The notes under the pieces: generated by a model
Seen by the model: the letters and a program-made list of their open reading frames with translations, nothing else
The model's database searches: none
What the model was told of the DNA's origin: nothing
Program-made: the position numbers and the translations under genes
Shown: positions 8,206 through 18,318 of the stretch, piece by piece
How the letters are laid out: every line of letters starts with the position of its first letter
Numbering within the stretch: position 1 is the first letter of the stretch
NCBI GenBank assembly: GCA_043780835.1
Contig: JAYWCB010000010.1
Location: forward strand, 66,845-130,844
DNA: 64,000 nt
From: Minisyncoccota bacterium
GTDB taxonomy: Bacteria; Patescibacteriota; Minisyncoccia; Phycocordibacterales; UBA2100
Reading direction: 5' to 3'

Positions 8206-9380
8206 CGGGTCGGATGCACGGTCGTGTTCATCTGAGAAACCGTGCCGGAAACGCTGGTACAGGTGAGCGCAATCTCGGTGTCTGTGGTGATTGCAGGAAT
8301 AGTGAGTGCTCCGCTTTGCGGCACGGGGTTTTCAAATCGGGCCGATAGTTCGGTATTGCCGGGAGAAGATAAGTCGCATTGATCCATGCCACGAGTCACC
8401 CACGCGAGGGACGCATTCATATTCACCGCTTGCGAGCTCAAGAGCATAAATGGTTTCATAACCGCAACCGAGCACGAAGCGCTTGCTGAACGTCGTCCGT
8501 CAGAACACGTGAGTGCATATTCCATAGTTCCATTCGGAAGGTTCTCCGCAATACGATCCTCGGTCGCCCCCCAAAGCAATCCACCGGTTGAGAATCCACC
8601 GCCCGCACTCGATACAGAATTCGTACATCCAAATGCAATCCCTACTTTCATTCCTGATTGTGCGATTTTCGGTTGACAGGAAATTTGTGCAACCGGACCG
8701 TTTTCGTTTCGTGATACGTGAACAGTATTGAGATCGCGGCCGATAGCGCGAATAGCATCTGCATCAAAATTGTTTTCTGCGGCGGCATTTGCCGTCTGAT
8801 CGATAATTAAAGCAACCGCTGCTCTGCCGCTCTCTGACAAATGATCGGCAAGCGCGATGTGTCCGCTGCTACCCGTCGCCTGGGCATCTGTCTCTCCCCT
8901 ATCGGTGAGCAATTGTGCCGCGATGATATTTGCCGCTTGCGCAGACTGCGACGCGTTTTGAATAGTGCTCTGGAGACACGATGCGCCGTTCGCAGGATCA
9001 CATGTGCCAATCACGAAACATGTTCCGGATTCCGTAATATACGAAGTTGGCGGACAGTATCGTACGGCACACTTACCCTCTATACCCCGCATGCACTCAG
9101 GCCGATCGCTATCGGGACCGGCAACCATTGCGGCACGATTGTGCGGGTCGGGAACAAAACATTTGAGTGCGTGAACTGAACCGGAGCCAGTACCCATATC
9201 CACCGTATACACTTGTCCGCTCGTGCACGTGTCGTTTGAATGCGTAAATGCTGACGCCGCTGACGCCGATTGCGCACCGGCGTTTTGCGATGCAATTTTG
9301 TATCCAGAAATGAAGAGCACAAAGATCGCTACAAAAACCAGCGCGGCGAGCACCGATGTACCGGACTGGGGCCTTCTCAT
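8202..9380 (-). CDS. Secreted/membrane-anchored Cys-rich surface protein with C-terminal Ig-like modules; paralog of 9752-12862
   Basis: N-terminal hydrophobic helix, many paired Cys, AQISCQP...GFSTGG and WVTRGMDQC..SSP motifs. Confidence 0.7.
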   Translation of the reverse strand: MRRPQSGTSVLAALVFVAIFVLFISGYKIASQNAGAQSASAASAFTHSNDTCTSGQVYTVDMGTGSGSVHALKCFVPDPHNRAAMVAGPDSDRPECMRGIEGKCAVRYCPPTSYITESGTCFVIGTCDPANGASCLQSTIQNASQSAQAANIIAAQLLTDRGETDAQATGSSGHIALADHLSESGRAAVALIIDQTANAAAENNFDADAIRAIGRDLNTVHVSRNENGPVAQISCQPKIAQSGMKVGIAFGCTNSVSSAGGGFSTGGLLWGATEDRIAENLPNGTMEYALTCSDGRRSASASCSVAVMKPFMLLSSQAVNMNASLAWVTRGMDQCDLSSPGNTELSARFENPVPQSGALTIPAITTDTEIALTCTSVSGTVSQMNTTVHPTR

Positions 9381-9494
9381 GTATATATCATCGCGTCGAT
9401 GACGCCGCGGCGCAATGCACACACGGGGATACCTCACACGTGAAAATCAGTACCGCTGGATTTCGTGTCGACTCTACGCTAGACTCCTCTCGAA

Positions 9495-9566
9495 GCTCCC
9501 GTCGTTCAACGGATAGGATTCATCCTTGCGGAGGATGTGATGTAGGTTCGATTCCTGCCGGGAGCA
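9495..9566 (+). tRNA. tRNA-Arg(GCG)
   Basis: GCTCCCG/CGGGAGC acceptor stem, anticodon arm CATCC-TTGCGGA-GGATG, GTTCGATTC T-loop. Confidence 0.93.
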
Positions 9567-9745
9567 CAATGCACAAAGGCCTGCGCAAGCAGGTCTTTGT
9601 GATTGATGCGACCGAGCATAGCGTCTGCGCGCTATGCGTGCAGGAATCGAACGCCGGAACGATGCGAGGTCAACAGACCGAGCAGTGAGGCGGTGCCCAG
9701 ACAAACTTTTGCGACGGCAAAAGTTTAGTCGAGGGAGATTCCGGC
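9567..9745 (+). repeat. Structured element downstream of tRNA-Arg
   Basis: Long hairpin, perfect 13-nt antisense T-arm copy (9640-9652), two-arm module, partial sense T-arm copy GATTCCGGC (9737-9745). Confidence 0.75.
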
Positions 9746-9751
9746 GTAGCC

Positions 9752-12700
9752 TTATTGCGCAAAATTAAAGCTTTGTGTAGACGGATTATCCAAAAATTTC
9801 GGCTCCGGCAAACTCGAGTCTTTGAATTCCCCGAGCGAAGCATTCGGCGGCGTGTAGAGGGACGCCATAATTTGATACGTACGCCCGGATATAAGATCCG
9901 ATCCGCACACCACGGATGACGACGAATTGCACGCATCGTCTGCATGCGGAATGTTCCAGGTAAACGTCCCGGCCTTGGCACGATGTCCCGAAATCAATGC
10001 AACGGTTCGTTTGTCGTCGACGCTATACAACCACAGCGCAACTGCCGAGACGTCGGGCGCACTCGGGAAATTCCAACGAATCGTCGCACTCGAGCCGAGC
10101 GCCACATTGGTGCGATTTTCTATTGAACTTGAAACAGTGCCGGGAGTCACCGCATCGACGGTGATCTTTTCTTGCCGAGTGGAGCCCGTAACGGTTTTGC
10201 AATTGAGGTAAAAATCCGTCTTTTGAGTGATGGCAGAACTCGTGGCGATGCCCGATGGCTTCTTGTTTGATGCGTTACGATCCGTGAAATCCGCCTGATC
10301 AGGACTTGAGATGACACACGAATCCATTCCCGTCGTAACCCATCCGATCAGAGTCGTGTCCCCTACGCGCGGTTTTTCGGGAATGGCGCGGAGCACAACG
10401 GAAATTTTGGCGATCTGCACGGTGCACTGCGCTGCCGCAGAAAGATTACCGTTTTCACACTTGAGCGCAAAGTTTGCAGCGTTTGCGTTTTCAGGCGGCG
10501 CGATGATCGTTGTCGTTGCCCCAGATGTGAATCCGCCTGTCACAAAGCCGTACCCCGTGCTTGAGGATGCATTTCCGCAGGTGTAAGAAATTATCGCCTG
10601 CGCGCCGCTTTCAACAACTCCAGGCTCACACGCAAGTTGGGCCGTTGGGGTGACGCTCGTGCTCACCACGCACTGCCACACAGGACAGACGGTGCCGCTG
10701 ACTAGCGTGCTCGTCATTTGTCGCCATGTGCCGTTGGTGCATGTGCTTGCATCGGGTTGTACGGAAAGCTGCGGGCACTGACCTGTCGTTCCCGTTCCGG
10801 AATTCGTGCACGGCTGTGGTGCTTGCGGCGCAATAGCGTACGACGTGACCCCGTAGAGCGCGCTTTGTTGCTGTTGATAATTATATTGCTGCAACTGGTA
10901 GTTGTACTGCTGCAGTTGTGAATTATATTGCTGTTGGTACTGAGAATATGCTTGTGAATCTGTTGGACATTTTTGTGCCGTTTGTGACGAGGCGCTACCG
11001 GACGAAGTTCCCCCACTCAAGCCTTTCATGAGTCCTCCCAAAAATGACGTGAGTCCGCTCAAGCCACTCCCTGAACCTCTGGAGCTTCCACCTCCACCGC
11101 CATTACCCCCGCCATTTGTGTTCGGTGCTTGATACCCCGGACAACCAGCTCTGGTAGCAGGACAATCTGAAGGATTTTCTTTTCTCGCTGGAGCATCTGC
11201 AGGCCGTTCGCGTGGTAATGGCGCAGCTTTCTCGCAGTATGCGGTTCCAGCTTCATACACACTGCATTTGTATCCTTTTTCTTCAAGTGCTTTTCGATCT
11301 TCGTCGGTTTTCGGTGACGCCGTGCACCGCGCGGGATCGGTAGTGCAATCAGGTTGATTCCGCAACGAGCTATCCTCGCTCTTATACATGTCGTCGTTCC
11401 CGCTATTATTTTTAACGGAGCCGCCGGTAGTTTTACCGGTTTCATCGACGCTCGCAGCTTTCGACAGATCTTTTCCCTCCGTCACCGGCTCAAGACCAGC
11501 CGCCCTAATCTGCTCATTAGTTGGCGGCTCGATACCCAACTTTTCTACAATCCAGTCCCCTCCAGCTTTAACCTTCGCATCAACCCAATTGTATGAATTT
11601 GCAAGGTTACTTTTTACGTTCTCCCATGAGTTCACTGGCTTATAGCCGGTGTCGGCTTCGCGCTGCTGATCGTACGGAACTTTATCGACCGGGAAATCTA
11701 CTTCGCCGGGACCTTGTGTACCTTTTCCAAAAGTACTTGTTTGAGTAAGCGCATTCGGATCGTTTGTCGGATTTTTAGGATCATCTCCCTTCGGCTCTTT
11801 TATCGTTCCGTTTAAATAATCGTTTGACGCGGCACCGGGGCTCATGGTTTTAATTTCTCCACCATTCAAAATAGCTCCCACATTCGACTTTGTATCGGTA
11901 GGATTGCCATGAAAGTTCATATCTGACTCCCCCTTGCCCATTCGCTCAAGCGCCTGCGATACCGTTTCGCCCTCTTTGAGATTCGCGATATTACCGGTGT
12001 TGTTATCAACAACTCGAGTTTCTCCGTTGAGAACCTCAACTTTTACTCCGTCTTTCAGCTCGTATGATTTGGCTCCGCTCTTCGCATCAGTCGTGCCGCC
12101 TGCTGGCGTTGTGCCATTCGTTGCCGACAGAATCGCATTCGGTTTCGTCGCGTTTGGCACTGGATTATCTCCTCCTCCACCCGGTGAGGGAAGCTGCGGC
12201 ATACTAGCAGACGTCGGTTGCGGAACGCCACCTGACTGAGGCGTTACCGACTGCCCTGCCCCGAATTGCTTCGGTGTCTCTGAACAATTACTTCCCGCCG
12301 TGGTGTTGTACGGATTTTTTATCGATGAGCAGACCGTGACTTTGCACTGGCCTTTCTGGACAGATTTATCCGGCTTCGTTTTACCGACCGTACTTTCGGT
12401 AGTAATGGTGACCGTGCCGCTTCTTCCCACACAATCATAGTCTTCCGTTTTCTGACTTGGTTGTTTTCCTGCTTTTACGATCGCACCAAAACACGCATCC
12501 ACGGTTCCGCTCTGCCCTTTATCAGTACTGGTGACTTCCGGACCTTCAGCTTTACCGAGCGCTGCCTGAATTGCTTTCGTGCAGTTTTCCGGTGCGGGAC
12601 TATCGTACTTAGTTGTACTTGGCGGCGCGTTATCGTCCGCGGTAATAGCAGCAGCCTGTGCCACCATCGCTCGCTGTTGAACAGACTCACCCGCGATTGA

Positions 12701-12862
12701 GTTCGTTTGATAAGAAGCATACGTACCACTCGTTGAGTTTTGTGGACCAACCAATTGGAACGATCCGGCCATCACGCCGGCAACAATGAGGAGCGAGAAT
12801 GCCATCAGTGGAGATACCCGCCGCTGGGCAGTCAGAAAATTCGCGATGTCCTCGCGGCGCAT
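9752..12862 (-). CDS. Large secreted Cys-rich, low-complexity surface protein (Gly-rich, QQQY repeats, C-terminal Ig-like modules)
   Basis: 1036-aa ORF, N-terminal TM, YSQYQQQYNSQLQQYNYQLQQYNYQQQQ, AQLACEP...GFVTGG, WVTTGMDSCVISSP. Confidence 0.8.
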   Translation of the reverse strand: MRREDIANFLTAQRRVSPLMAFSLLIVAGVMAGSFQLVGPQNSTSGTYASYQTNSIAGESVQQRAMVAQAAAITADDNAPPSTTKYDSPAPENCTKAIQAALGKAEGPEVTSTDKGQSGTVDACFGAIVKAGKQPSQKTEDYDCVGRSGTVTITTESTVGKTKPDKSVQKGQCKVTVCSSIKNPYNTTAGSNCSETPKQFGAGQSVTPQSGGVPQPTSASMPQLPSPGGGGDNPVPNATKPNAILSATNGTTPAGGTTDAKSGAKSYELKDGVKVEVLNGETRVVDNNTGNIANLKEGETVSQALERMGKGESDMNFHGNPTDTKSNVGAILNGGEIKTMSPGAASNDYLNGTIKEPKGDDPKNPTNDPNALTQTSTFGKGTQGPGEVDFPVDKVPYDQQREADTGYKPVNSWENVKSNLANSYNWVDAKVKAGGDWIVEKLGIEPPTNEQIRAAGLEPVTEGKDLSKAASVDETGKTTGGSVKNNSGNDDMYKSEDSSLRNQPDCTTDPARCTASPKTDEDRKALEEKGYKCSVYEAGTAYCEKAAPLPRERPADAPARKENPSDCPATRAGCPGYQAPNTNGGGNGGGGGSSRGSGSGLSGLTSFLGGLMKGLSGGTSSGSASSQTAQKCPTDSQAYSQYQQQYNSQLQQYNYQLQQYNYQQQQSALYGVTSYAIAPQAPQPCTNSGTGTTGQCPQLSVQPDASTCTNGTWRQMTSTLVSGTVCPVWQCVVSTSVTPTAQLACEPGVVESGAQAIISYTCGNASSSTGYGFVTGGFTSGATTTIIAPPENANAANFALKCENGNLSAAAQCTVQIAKISVVLRAIPEKPRVGDTTLIGWVTTGMDSCVISSPDQADFTDRNASNKKPSGIATSSAITQKTDFYLNCKTVTGSTRQEKITVDAVTPGTVSSSIENRTNVALGSSATIRWNFPSAPDVSAVALWLYSVDDKRTVALISGHRAKAGTFTWNIPHADDACNSSSSVVCGSDLISGRTYQIMASLYTPPNASLGEFKDSSLPEPKFLDNPSTQSFNFAQ

Positions 12863-12917
12863 AACGCAATGATGCGCCCTGGAGGGCGCATCAACAATCT
12901 CTTATGCGTGGATAAGC

Positions 12918-13184
12918 CTACTTCAGGGCGACGCTTACCTGTTTTGCGAGACGCGATTTCATCCGCGACGCGGTGTTTTTCTTGATGGTGCCGTTCTTTG
13001 CAGCCTTATCGATTGCCTTGTACAAAGCCGGGAGGGACTTTTCGGCATCCTTGCCTTTCTTTGCAGAAACGAATTTAGTTACCGTTTTAACGGAATCTTT
13101 CATAGTCTTCTTGCGGCGCGCGTTAAACACGTAGCGTCGTTCGGAAACTCGTTCTGCCTTCTTTGCGGATGACGTATTTGCCAT
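12918..13184 (-). CDS. rpsT: 30S ribosomal protein S20
   Basis: MANTSSAKKAER...YKAIDKAAKNGTIKKNTASRMKSRL. Confidence 0.96.
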   Translation of the reverse strand: MANTSSAKKAERVSERRYVFNARRKKTMKDSVKTVTKFVSAKKGKDAEKSLPALYKAIDKAAKNGTIKKNTASRMKSRLAKQVSVALK

Positions 13185-13414
13185 TCCCGCGATACTACGC
13201 AAAAAAGCGCTCAAATGCAAGCCCGGTAGGACAATTTGCCGTCGCTCAATGAGCGACACGGTTACATCATCACTGTATTCGAAATCTCACCGCGGTGAAC
13301 CGTTTGGGTAATCAGCTCTCGCGAGCATCATAACGACAAATTGTACTGACCGGGCAAGCGTACAGCCGAGGCTCACGGCTCGGCGAAGGCCAAAGCGCAC
13401 GCTATGATGGATAT

Positions 13415-13984
13415 ATGATCGGCTCCATTTCAGGCGAGGTAACGGTATTACGTGCGACGTTTGCAATCATCGCAGCCGGCGGCGTAGGATATAAAGTAGC
13501 AGCAACCCGCTCAACCCTCGCCACACTTACCATAGGAACCACAGCAACGCTCTGGACTCGTCTCATCGTGCGCGAAGACGTGCTTGATCTCTACGGATTT
13601 GAATCCGAAGAAGAGATGCGGTTTTTTGACATGCTGCTCTCGGTCTCGGGCATCGGCCCAAAGTCCGCACTCGCGGTCTTGGACATCGCATCCATCGAAA
13701 CACTCCGCAGTGCGATTTCGAGCGGCAACGCCGCGTATCTTACAAATGTGTCGGGCATCGGCAGAAAGACGGCAGAAAAAATAGTTATCGAATTGCGCGA
13801 TAAAGTGGGCAAATCGGCCGACGCAACAGACGCATCGCTTCGCGGCGACGAAGACGCACTCGAAGCGATGCGGGCACTTGGGTACTCACCGGCAGAAGCG
13901 CGCGACGCCTTACGCAAAGTGCCGACTTCGATTCAGAGCGGAACGGAGCGCTTGCGCGAAGCGCTCAAGATCATGGGTAAATAA
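13415..13984 (+). CDS. ruvA: Holliday junction branch migration protein RuvA
   Basis: GGVGY, VREDVLDLYGF, VSGIGPKSAL, GIGRKTAEKIVIELRDK, ALGY. Confidence 0.96.
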   Translation: MIGSISGEVTVLRATFAIIAAGGVGYKVAATRSTLATLTIGTTATLWTRLIVREDVLDLYGFESEEEMRFFDMLLSVSGIGPKSALAVLDIASIETLRSAISSGNAAYLTNVSGIGRKTAEKIVIELRDKVGKSADATDASLRGDEDALEAMRALGYSPAEARDALRKVPTSIQSGTERLREALKIMGK

Positions 13985-13985
13985 T

Positions 13986-14816
13986 ATGACTTCAATCTAT
14001 TTATTTTTCAGTTTATTATGGACTGCCGTGTGGTGGTTTTTTTCCTGGTCGCACATTCCTTTGTATTCTGAATATTCCTTCTTCCCGCTCTGGCTTGGAT
14101 ACATAGCGGTTGTAAATGCACTATGTGAAGCGATCTACGGAGATTCTTTGTTTCGTCGAGCGGGGTGGCGGTTTCTGTGGCTCTTCGTTTTCTCGATACC
14201 GCTCTGGTGGGCTTTCGAATATATTAACTCCATAGTTCAAAACTGGCACTACGAGTATCGGCCAATTTCTGAATTACGATATTTTTTTCAATCGTCAATT
14301 GATTTCTCTACCGTTATCCCCGCCGTCCTCTCGGCCGCTTTTTTGTTCTACTTTTTTTTCAAAGACATGCGGTGGCGGTCAGACCAACGCACTCCATCAC
14401 CCGCGCTGCTTATTTTATCAATTGCGCTTGGCGCACTCTCGTTTGCCGTAATGCCTCTGTACCCCAACGAAGTTTTTCCACTCGTTTGGTTAGCTCCGCT
14501 CCTGATACTTGATCCGATCGCCTACGGGCTTGGCTTGCCATCAATATTTGGGTATATGACGAGCGGAGATTGGCGCGTACCTATCGCTACAGCGCTCGCA
14601 TCGCTCTGTACCGGTTTCTTCTGGGAGATGTGGAATTTCTGGTCGTACCCAAAATGGGTTTATACGATTCCCTATGTCGGTTTCTGGAAGATTTTTGAAA
14701 TGCCTATCCTGGGCTTTGGAGGCTACTTACCATTCGGACTCATAATTTTCGTGTACACCGTTCTGATCGCACGGATATTTTTTGCTCGACAGTGGCATGA
14801 TATTGGCTTCAATTAA
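13986..14816 (+). CDS. Polytopic aromatic-rich membrane protein of unknown function
   Basis: WWAFEYIN..VQNWHY, GFFWEMWNFWSYPKWVY, FEMPILGFGGYLPFG. Confidence 0.75.
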   Translation: MTSIYLFFSLLWTAVWWFFSWSHIPLYSEYSFFPLWLGYIAVVNALCEAIYGDSLFRRAGWRFLWLFVFSIPLWWAFEYINSIVQNWHYEYRPISELRYFFQSSIDFSTVIPAVLSAAFLFYFFFKDMRWRSDQRTPSPALLILSIALGALSFAVMPLYPNEVFPLVWLAPLLILDPIAYGLGLPSIFGYMTSGDWRVPIATALASLCTGFFWEMWNFWSYPKWVYTIPYVGFWKIFEMPILGFGGYLPFGLIIFVYTVLIARIFFARQWHDIGFN

Positions 14817-14820
14817 AAGC

Positions 14821-16092
14821 ATGGAAGCACTCAAAAAGATTCTTACGAGCTTAGGGCTGATGTCTGCGTACCACTTGGCACTCGCCTATTTCGGTGCATT
14901 TGTCTACGGATTTCCCTCTCAAAAAATGCTTGTGATCGGCGTGACCGGCACCAAGGGCAAATCAAGTACAACAGAAATGATCGCTGCAATTTTGGACGAA
15001 GCCGGGTATAAAACCGCGATGTTAAATTCTATTCGAATCAAGGTCGGCGAGGTGTCCGAAGCAAACACCATGCGCATGTCGATGCCGGGGCGAATGTATA
15101 TTCAGCGATTTCTTGCCCGCGCACTTTCCGCCGGCTGCAGCGCGGTGGTGCTTGAAATGACATCCGAAGGCGCTCGTCAGTATCGCCATCGCGGTATCGC
15201 GCTGAATGCGCTCGTGTTTACAAATCTCGCTCCCGAACACATTGAATCTCATGGTTCATACGAAGCATACGCCGACGCTAAGTTTTCGATCGGTCTCTCG
15301 CTCGCAAAATCCGCTAAACGCCCCCGCGTCATAATTGCAAATGCAGCCGATGCACAAGGCGTGCGCTATCTCACCCTTCCTGTGGAAATTGCTATCGGAT
15401 TTGCGCTCGATAATTTTGCGCCGTACGCATCAAATGACCGTGGCGGATATTTCACACTTGATCAGATCCGCATTGCCATGCAATTGCCTGGTGATTTTTC
15501 CTTGCAAAACGGACTCGCTGCCGCACTCGTCACCCGCACGTTCGGCGTTCCGCCTGCCACCATCGCGCTCGCGCTCGGTAAACTTTCCACCATCGCGGGG
15601 CGAGCTGAGCGTATCGAAGCGGGCCAGGACTACACCGTGATTGTGGATTATGCCCACACGCCGGACTCACTGGAAGCGCTCTACAGAGCATTCACCATCC
15701 CCTCGACGTCACTCGGGGTGAAGCGCAAATTGATCTGCGTGTTGGGCTCTACTGGCGGTGGTCGCGATACCTGGAAGCGCCCCGTCATGGGCGGTATCGC
15801 CGACACCTACTGCGATCACGTCATCCTCACCAATGAGGATCCGTACGACGAAAAACCAGAAGCGATTGTAACCGCGCTCGCACAGGACATGAAACGAAAA
15901 CCCGAGGTCATCATGGATAGACGCGCCGCAATTGCAAAAGCACTTTCACTCGCAAAAACCGGCGATGCAGTTTTAATCACCGGCAAAGGAACTGATCCGA
16001 ATATCGCCGGGCCGAACGGAACGTATCAACCATGGAGCGACGCCGTTGTTGCGCGCGAAGAAATCGTAAAACGCTCCTCATCGTCGGTATAA
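14821..16092 (+). CDS. murE: UDP-N-acetylmuramyl-tripeptide synthetase (MurE-like)
   Basis: GVTGTKGKSST, LEMTSEG, FTNLAPEHIESH, GRAE, VDYAHTPDSL, GGGRD..KRP, NEDPYDE, ITGKG. Confidence 0.9.
   Translation: MEALKKILTSLGLMSAYHLALAYFGAFVYGFPSQKMLVIGVTGTKGKSSTTEMIAAILDEAGYKTAMLNSIRIKVGEVSEANTMRMSMPGRMYIQRFLARALSAGCSAVVLEMTSEGARQYRHRGIALNALVFTNLAPEHIESHGSYEAYADAKFSIGLSLAKSAKRPRVIIANAADAQGVRYLTLPVEIAIGFALDNFAPYASNDRGGYFTLDQIRIAMQLPGDFSLQNGLAAALVTRTFGVPPATIALALGKLSTIAGRAERIEAGQDYTVIVDYAHTPDSLEALYRAFTIPSTSLGVKRKLICVLGSTGGGRDTWKRPVMGGIADTYCDHVILTNEDPYDEKPEAIVTALAQDMKRKPEVIMDRRAAIAKALSLAKTGDAVLITGKGTDPNIAGPNGTYQPWSDAVVAREEIVKRSSSSV
15691..15722. repeat. Short in-frame palindrome inside murE (encodes FTIPSTSLGVK)
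   Basis: TTCACC-ATCCCCTCGA-CGTCAC-TCGGGGTGAA folds back on itself. Confidence 0.5.
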
Positions 16093-16099
16093 TGATTGC

Positions 16100-17065
16100 A
16101 TGGTACTCACCATATTGAAGTGGGTCGGTATTGCGATGGTGCTTTCGCTCATTGCGCTTTGGCTTTGGGAAGGCGGGTATTGGAAAATCGCAAAGTATGC
16201 CCAAATTATTCCGAACCCGCTGAATGCAACCTCAACTGATCCACTTTACCAATTGCCCGGACAACCGGATTTCTTCCAAGTGCCGGATACCACGTCCGGC
16301 TCGCAAGATATGGAATACGGATCATCCGACTATCAGAATCCCTCGGATGCGCTCACTGATCCTCGGCAATCTGACCCGCGCGCGCACGGTGAGCGATCTC
16401 CCTATGCAGATACGATTGATCTGCAAATCGGCGGAGCGCAAAATTCAAATCCCAACGATGAGTACGTCGTGATCCACATGTCCGACATCGCTCCGGTCGC
16501 GGTCGCGGTTTCGGGATGGACAATTCGCAGCGCGCTCTCGGGTGCGCGCGCTGTTGTACCGCTTGCTGCATCACCGTTTATGCAAGGAGTTGTGAATCGC
16601 GTGGACACCATCGTTCTTTCCGGCGGTGAGAGCGTCATATTGTCGAGCGGCACTTCACCGCTGGGAGTTTCCTTTCGCGAAACAACATGTACCGGTTATC
16701 TCGCACAAACACAGCGATTTTCACCCGCGCTTTCGAACGCATGTCCACGACCAACCGATCAAATGCCGCGCACGAGCGATATCGAGAGTCGCTTCGGAGC
16801 GTCATGCATTGATTTTGTAGAACGCCTCCCGCAGTGCAGTTATCCGACGATCATTCCAAACGATGTGACGCCCTCGTGCAGATCGTTTCTTGCAAACACA
16901 CTCACCTACAGCGGATGCATGCGCTCCTACGGCAGCGGACAAACAGAAAATTTAAATACGTGGCGCGTCTATGAATCATCAGCGAGTGAGCTGTGGAACA
17001 ATGAGCGCGACACGCTTATTTTGTACGATGCTGACGGTCGAGCGGTATCTACACTGAGCTACTGA
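16100..17065 (+). CDS. Membrane-anchored protein with lamin-tail-like domain and Cys-rich insert
   Basis: N-terminal TM; DEYVVI...VSGWTIRS, SFRETTCTGYL, WNNERDTLILYDADGRAV. Confidence 0.7.
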   Translation: MVLTILKWVGIAMVLSLIALWLWEGGYWKIAKYAQIIPNPLNATSTDPLYQLPGQPDFFQVPDTTSGSQDMEYGSSDYQNPSDALTDPRQSDPRAHGERSPYADTIDLQIGGAQNSNPNDEYVVIHMSDIAPVAVAVSGWTIRSALSGARAVVPLAASPFMQGVVNRVDTIVLSGGESVILSSGTSPLGVSFRETTCTGYLAQTQRFSPALSNACPRPTDQMPRTSDIESRFGASCIDFVERLPQCSYPTIIPNDVTPSCRSFLANTLTYSGCMRSYGSGQTENLNTWRVYESSASELWNNERDTLILYDADGRAVSTLSY

Positions 17066-17526
17066 ACCGCGGCAAACAAAATCACCCCCGCCGCAACAGA
17101 TACATTGAGCGATTCTTTTGATCCGAGCATCGGTATTTCGATGATGGTGTCGCACGCGTCGCAGAGTGATTTTGAAAGGCCGCGCACTTCATTCCCGAAC
17201 AGATACAGAGTTGCATCGGCTTCTTTAAATGAGCGGTACGGTAGGGCGCGCTCATCTTGTTCGACACCGACGATATGAACCCCTTCTTTTTTGAAGCGAC
17301 GAATTGTGGGAAGTGGTGTTTTTACATATGACCACGGGATCGTATGCTCGGCGCCAAGCGCTGTTTTTGCGATGTCTTTTTGTGGCCGGCCGAATCGATC
17401 CACCGGGAGGGGTGTATAGCCTGAAAGAATGATTTCGTGTACGCCGGCGCAATCGGCTGTGCGGAAAATGGACCCCACGTTATGAGCACTGCGGATATTA
17501 TGTAAAAGCACGGCGCGTTTTTGCAT
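17059..17526 (-). CDS. TrmH/SpoU-family RNA methyltransferase
   Basis: LHNIRSAHNVGSIFRTAD, KTALGAE, FGNEVRGL, EIPMLGSKESLNVSVA. Confidence 0.93.
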   Translation of the reverse strand: MQKRAVLLHNIRSAHNVGSIFRTADCAGVHEIILSGYTPLPVDRFGRPQKDIAKTALGAEHTIPWSYVKTPLPTIRRFKKEGVHIVGVEQDERALPYRSFKEADATLYLFGNEVRGLSKSLCDACDTIIEIPMLGSKESLNVSVAAGVILFAAVQ

Positions 17527-17557
17527 AGGAAGACTGAGAGACTGTATACTACACGAC

Positions 17558-17902
17558 ATGCTTGCGCTGCTTCCCCAAGTCCTCTTTCTCGGTACGTTTG
17601 CCGCGTCCCTCATCCGTATCACCCTCGCGCTCATGTTTGCGTACTCCGCATGGGCCACTGTTTCGAAGCCGGATCTTGCAGTGCGCGGCTTCGCACTGCT
17701 AGAAATTGCGGTTGCAGCGGCACTCTTCGTGGGTGCGTGGACTCAAGCGGTCGCACTCGGTGCCGCGCTCATACTCGCGATTGAATGTGTGTTGCCGCAA
17801 TTCCGCACGTGGCCGCGCTCAACCGTCGCGCTCATGCTTGTAATGACACTCACACTTATTGTGACCGGGCCGGGCGCATTTGCGTTCGACTACCCGCTCT
17901 AA
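17558..17902 (+). CDS. DoxX-like small membrane protein
   Basis: 4 TM, LEI..AAALFVGAWTQ, TGPGAFAFDYPL. Confidence 0.7.
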   Translation: MLALLPQVLFLGTFAASLIRITLALMFAYSAWATVSKPDLAVRGFALLEIAVAAALFVGAWTQAVALGAALILAIECVLPQFRTWPRSTVALMLVMTLTLIVTGPGAFAFDYPL

Positions 17903-17903
17903 T

Positions 17904-18272
17904 ATGGAGCCGCAGAAACCAATCGGAGGCGGATTGGCCGTTACACTGATTGCGTTTGCCGTTTTTATTGATGTGCTGCAGGCAATATTGACGTTTCTTT
18001 TGATCGGAATCGTTTTGAATCCTGCGATCGACATTCTCGCATCACTCGTGTTTTCGATGCTTCTTGCGTCGCACGGTGGCGGCTTGTTCAAGCGACGCGC
18101 CATTTCAATGATCTTTACCGCAATCGGAGAGTTTATTCCCGTCGTCAATGCGCTTCCTTTATGGACCGCGTTTGCGTTCTATACCGTTTTTATGGACCGC
18201 GCTCGCACTACAATAAAAAAACACTCATCGACTGAACAGATGCCTCGCGGCGGAGGCGGCTGGAGGTTGTAA
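17904..18272 (+). CDS. Small membrane protein
   Basis: Hydrophobic helices, EFIPVVNALPLWT motif; starts right after the upstream stop. Confidence 0.7.
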   Translation: MEPQKPIGGGLAVTLIAFAVFIDVLQAILTFLLIGIVLNPAIDILASLVFSMLLASHGGGLFKRRAISMIFTAIGEFIPVVNALPLWTAFAFYTVFMDRARTTIKKHSSTEQMPRGGGGWRL

Positions 18273-18318
18273 TTTTTTGGTTACTATCCCGCGTGCTCGC
18301 GGGCCCCACGCAAAACCT

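Noticed and set aside
10860-10950. CRISPR-like or tandem DNA repeat
   Set aside because: It is the coding QQQY low-complexity tract; no repeat-spacer array or cas gene anywhere in the window.
13364-13402. REP-like nested hairpin upstream of ruvA (AGCCGAGGCTCACGGCTCGGCGAAGGC)
   Set aside because: Short, imperfect and single-copy here; cannot be tied to the other element families.
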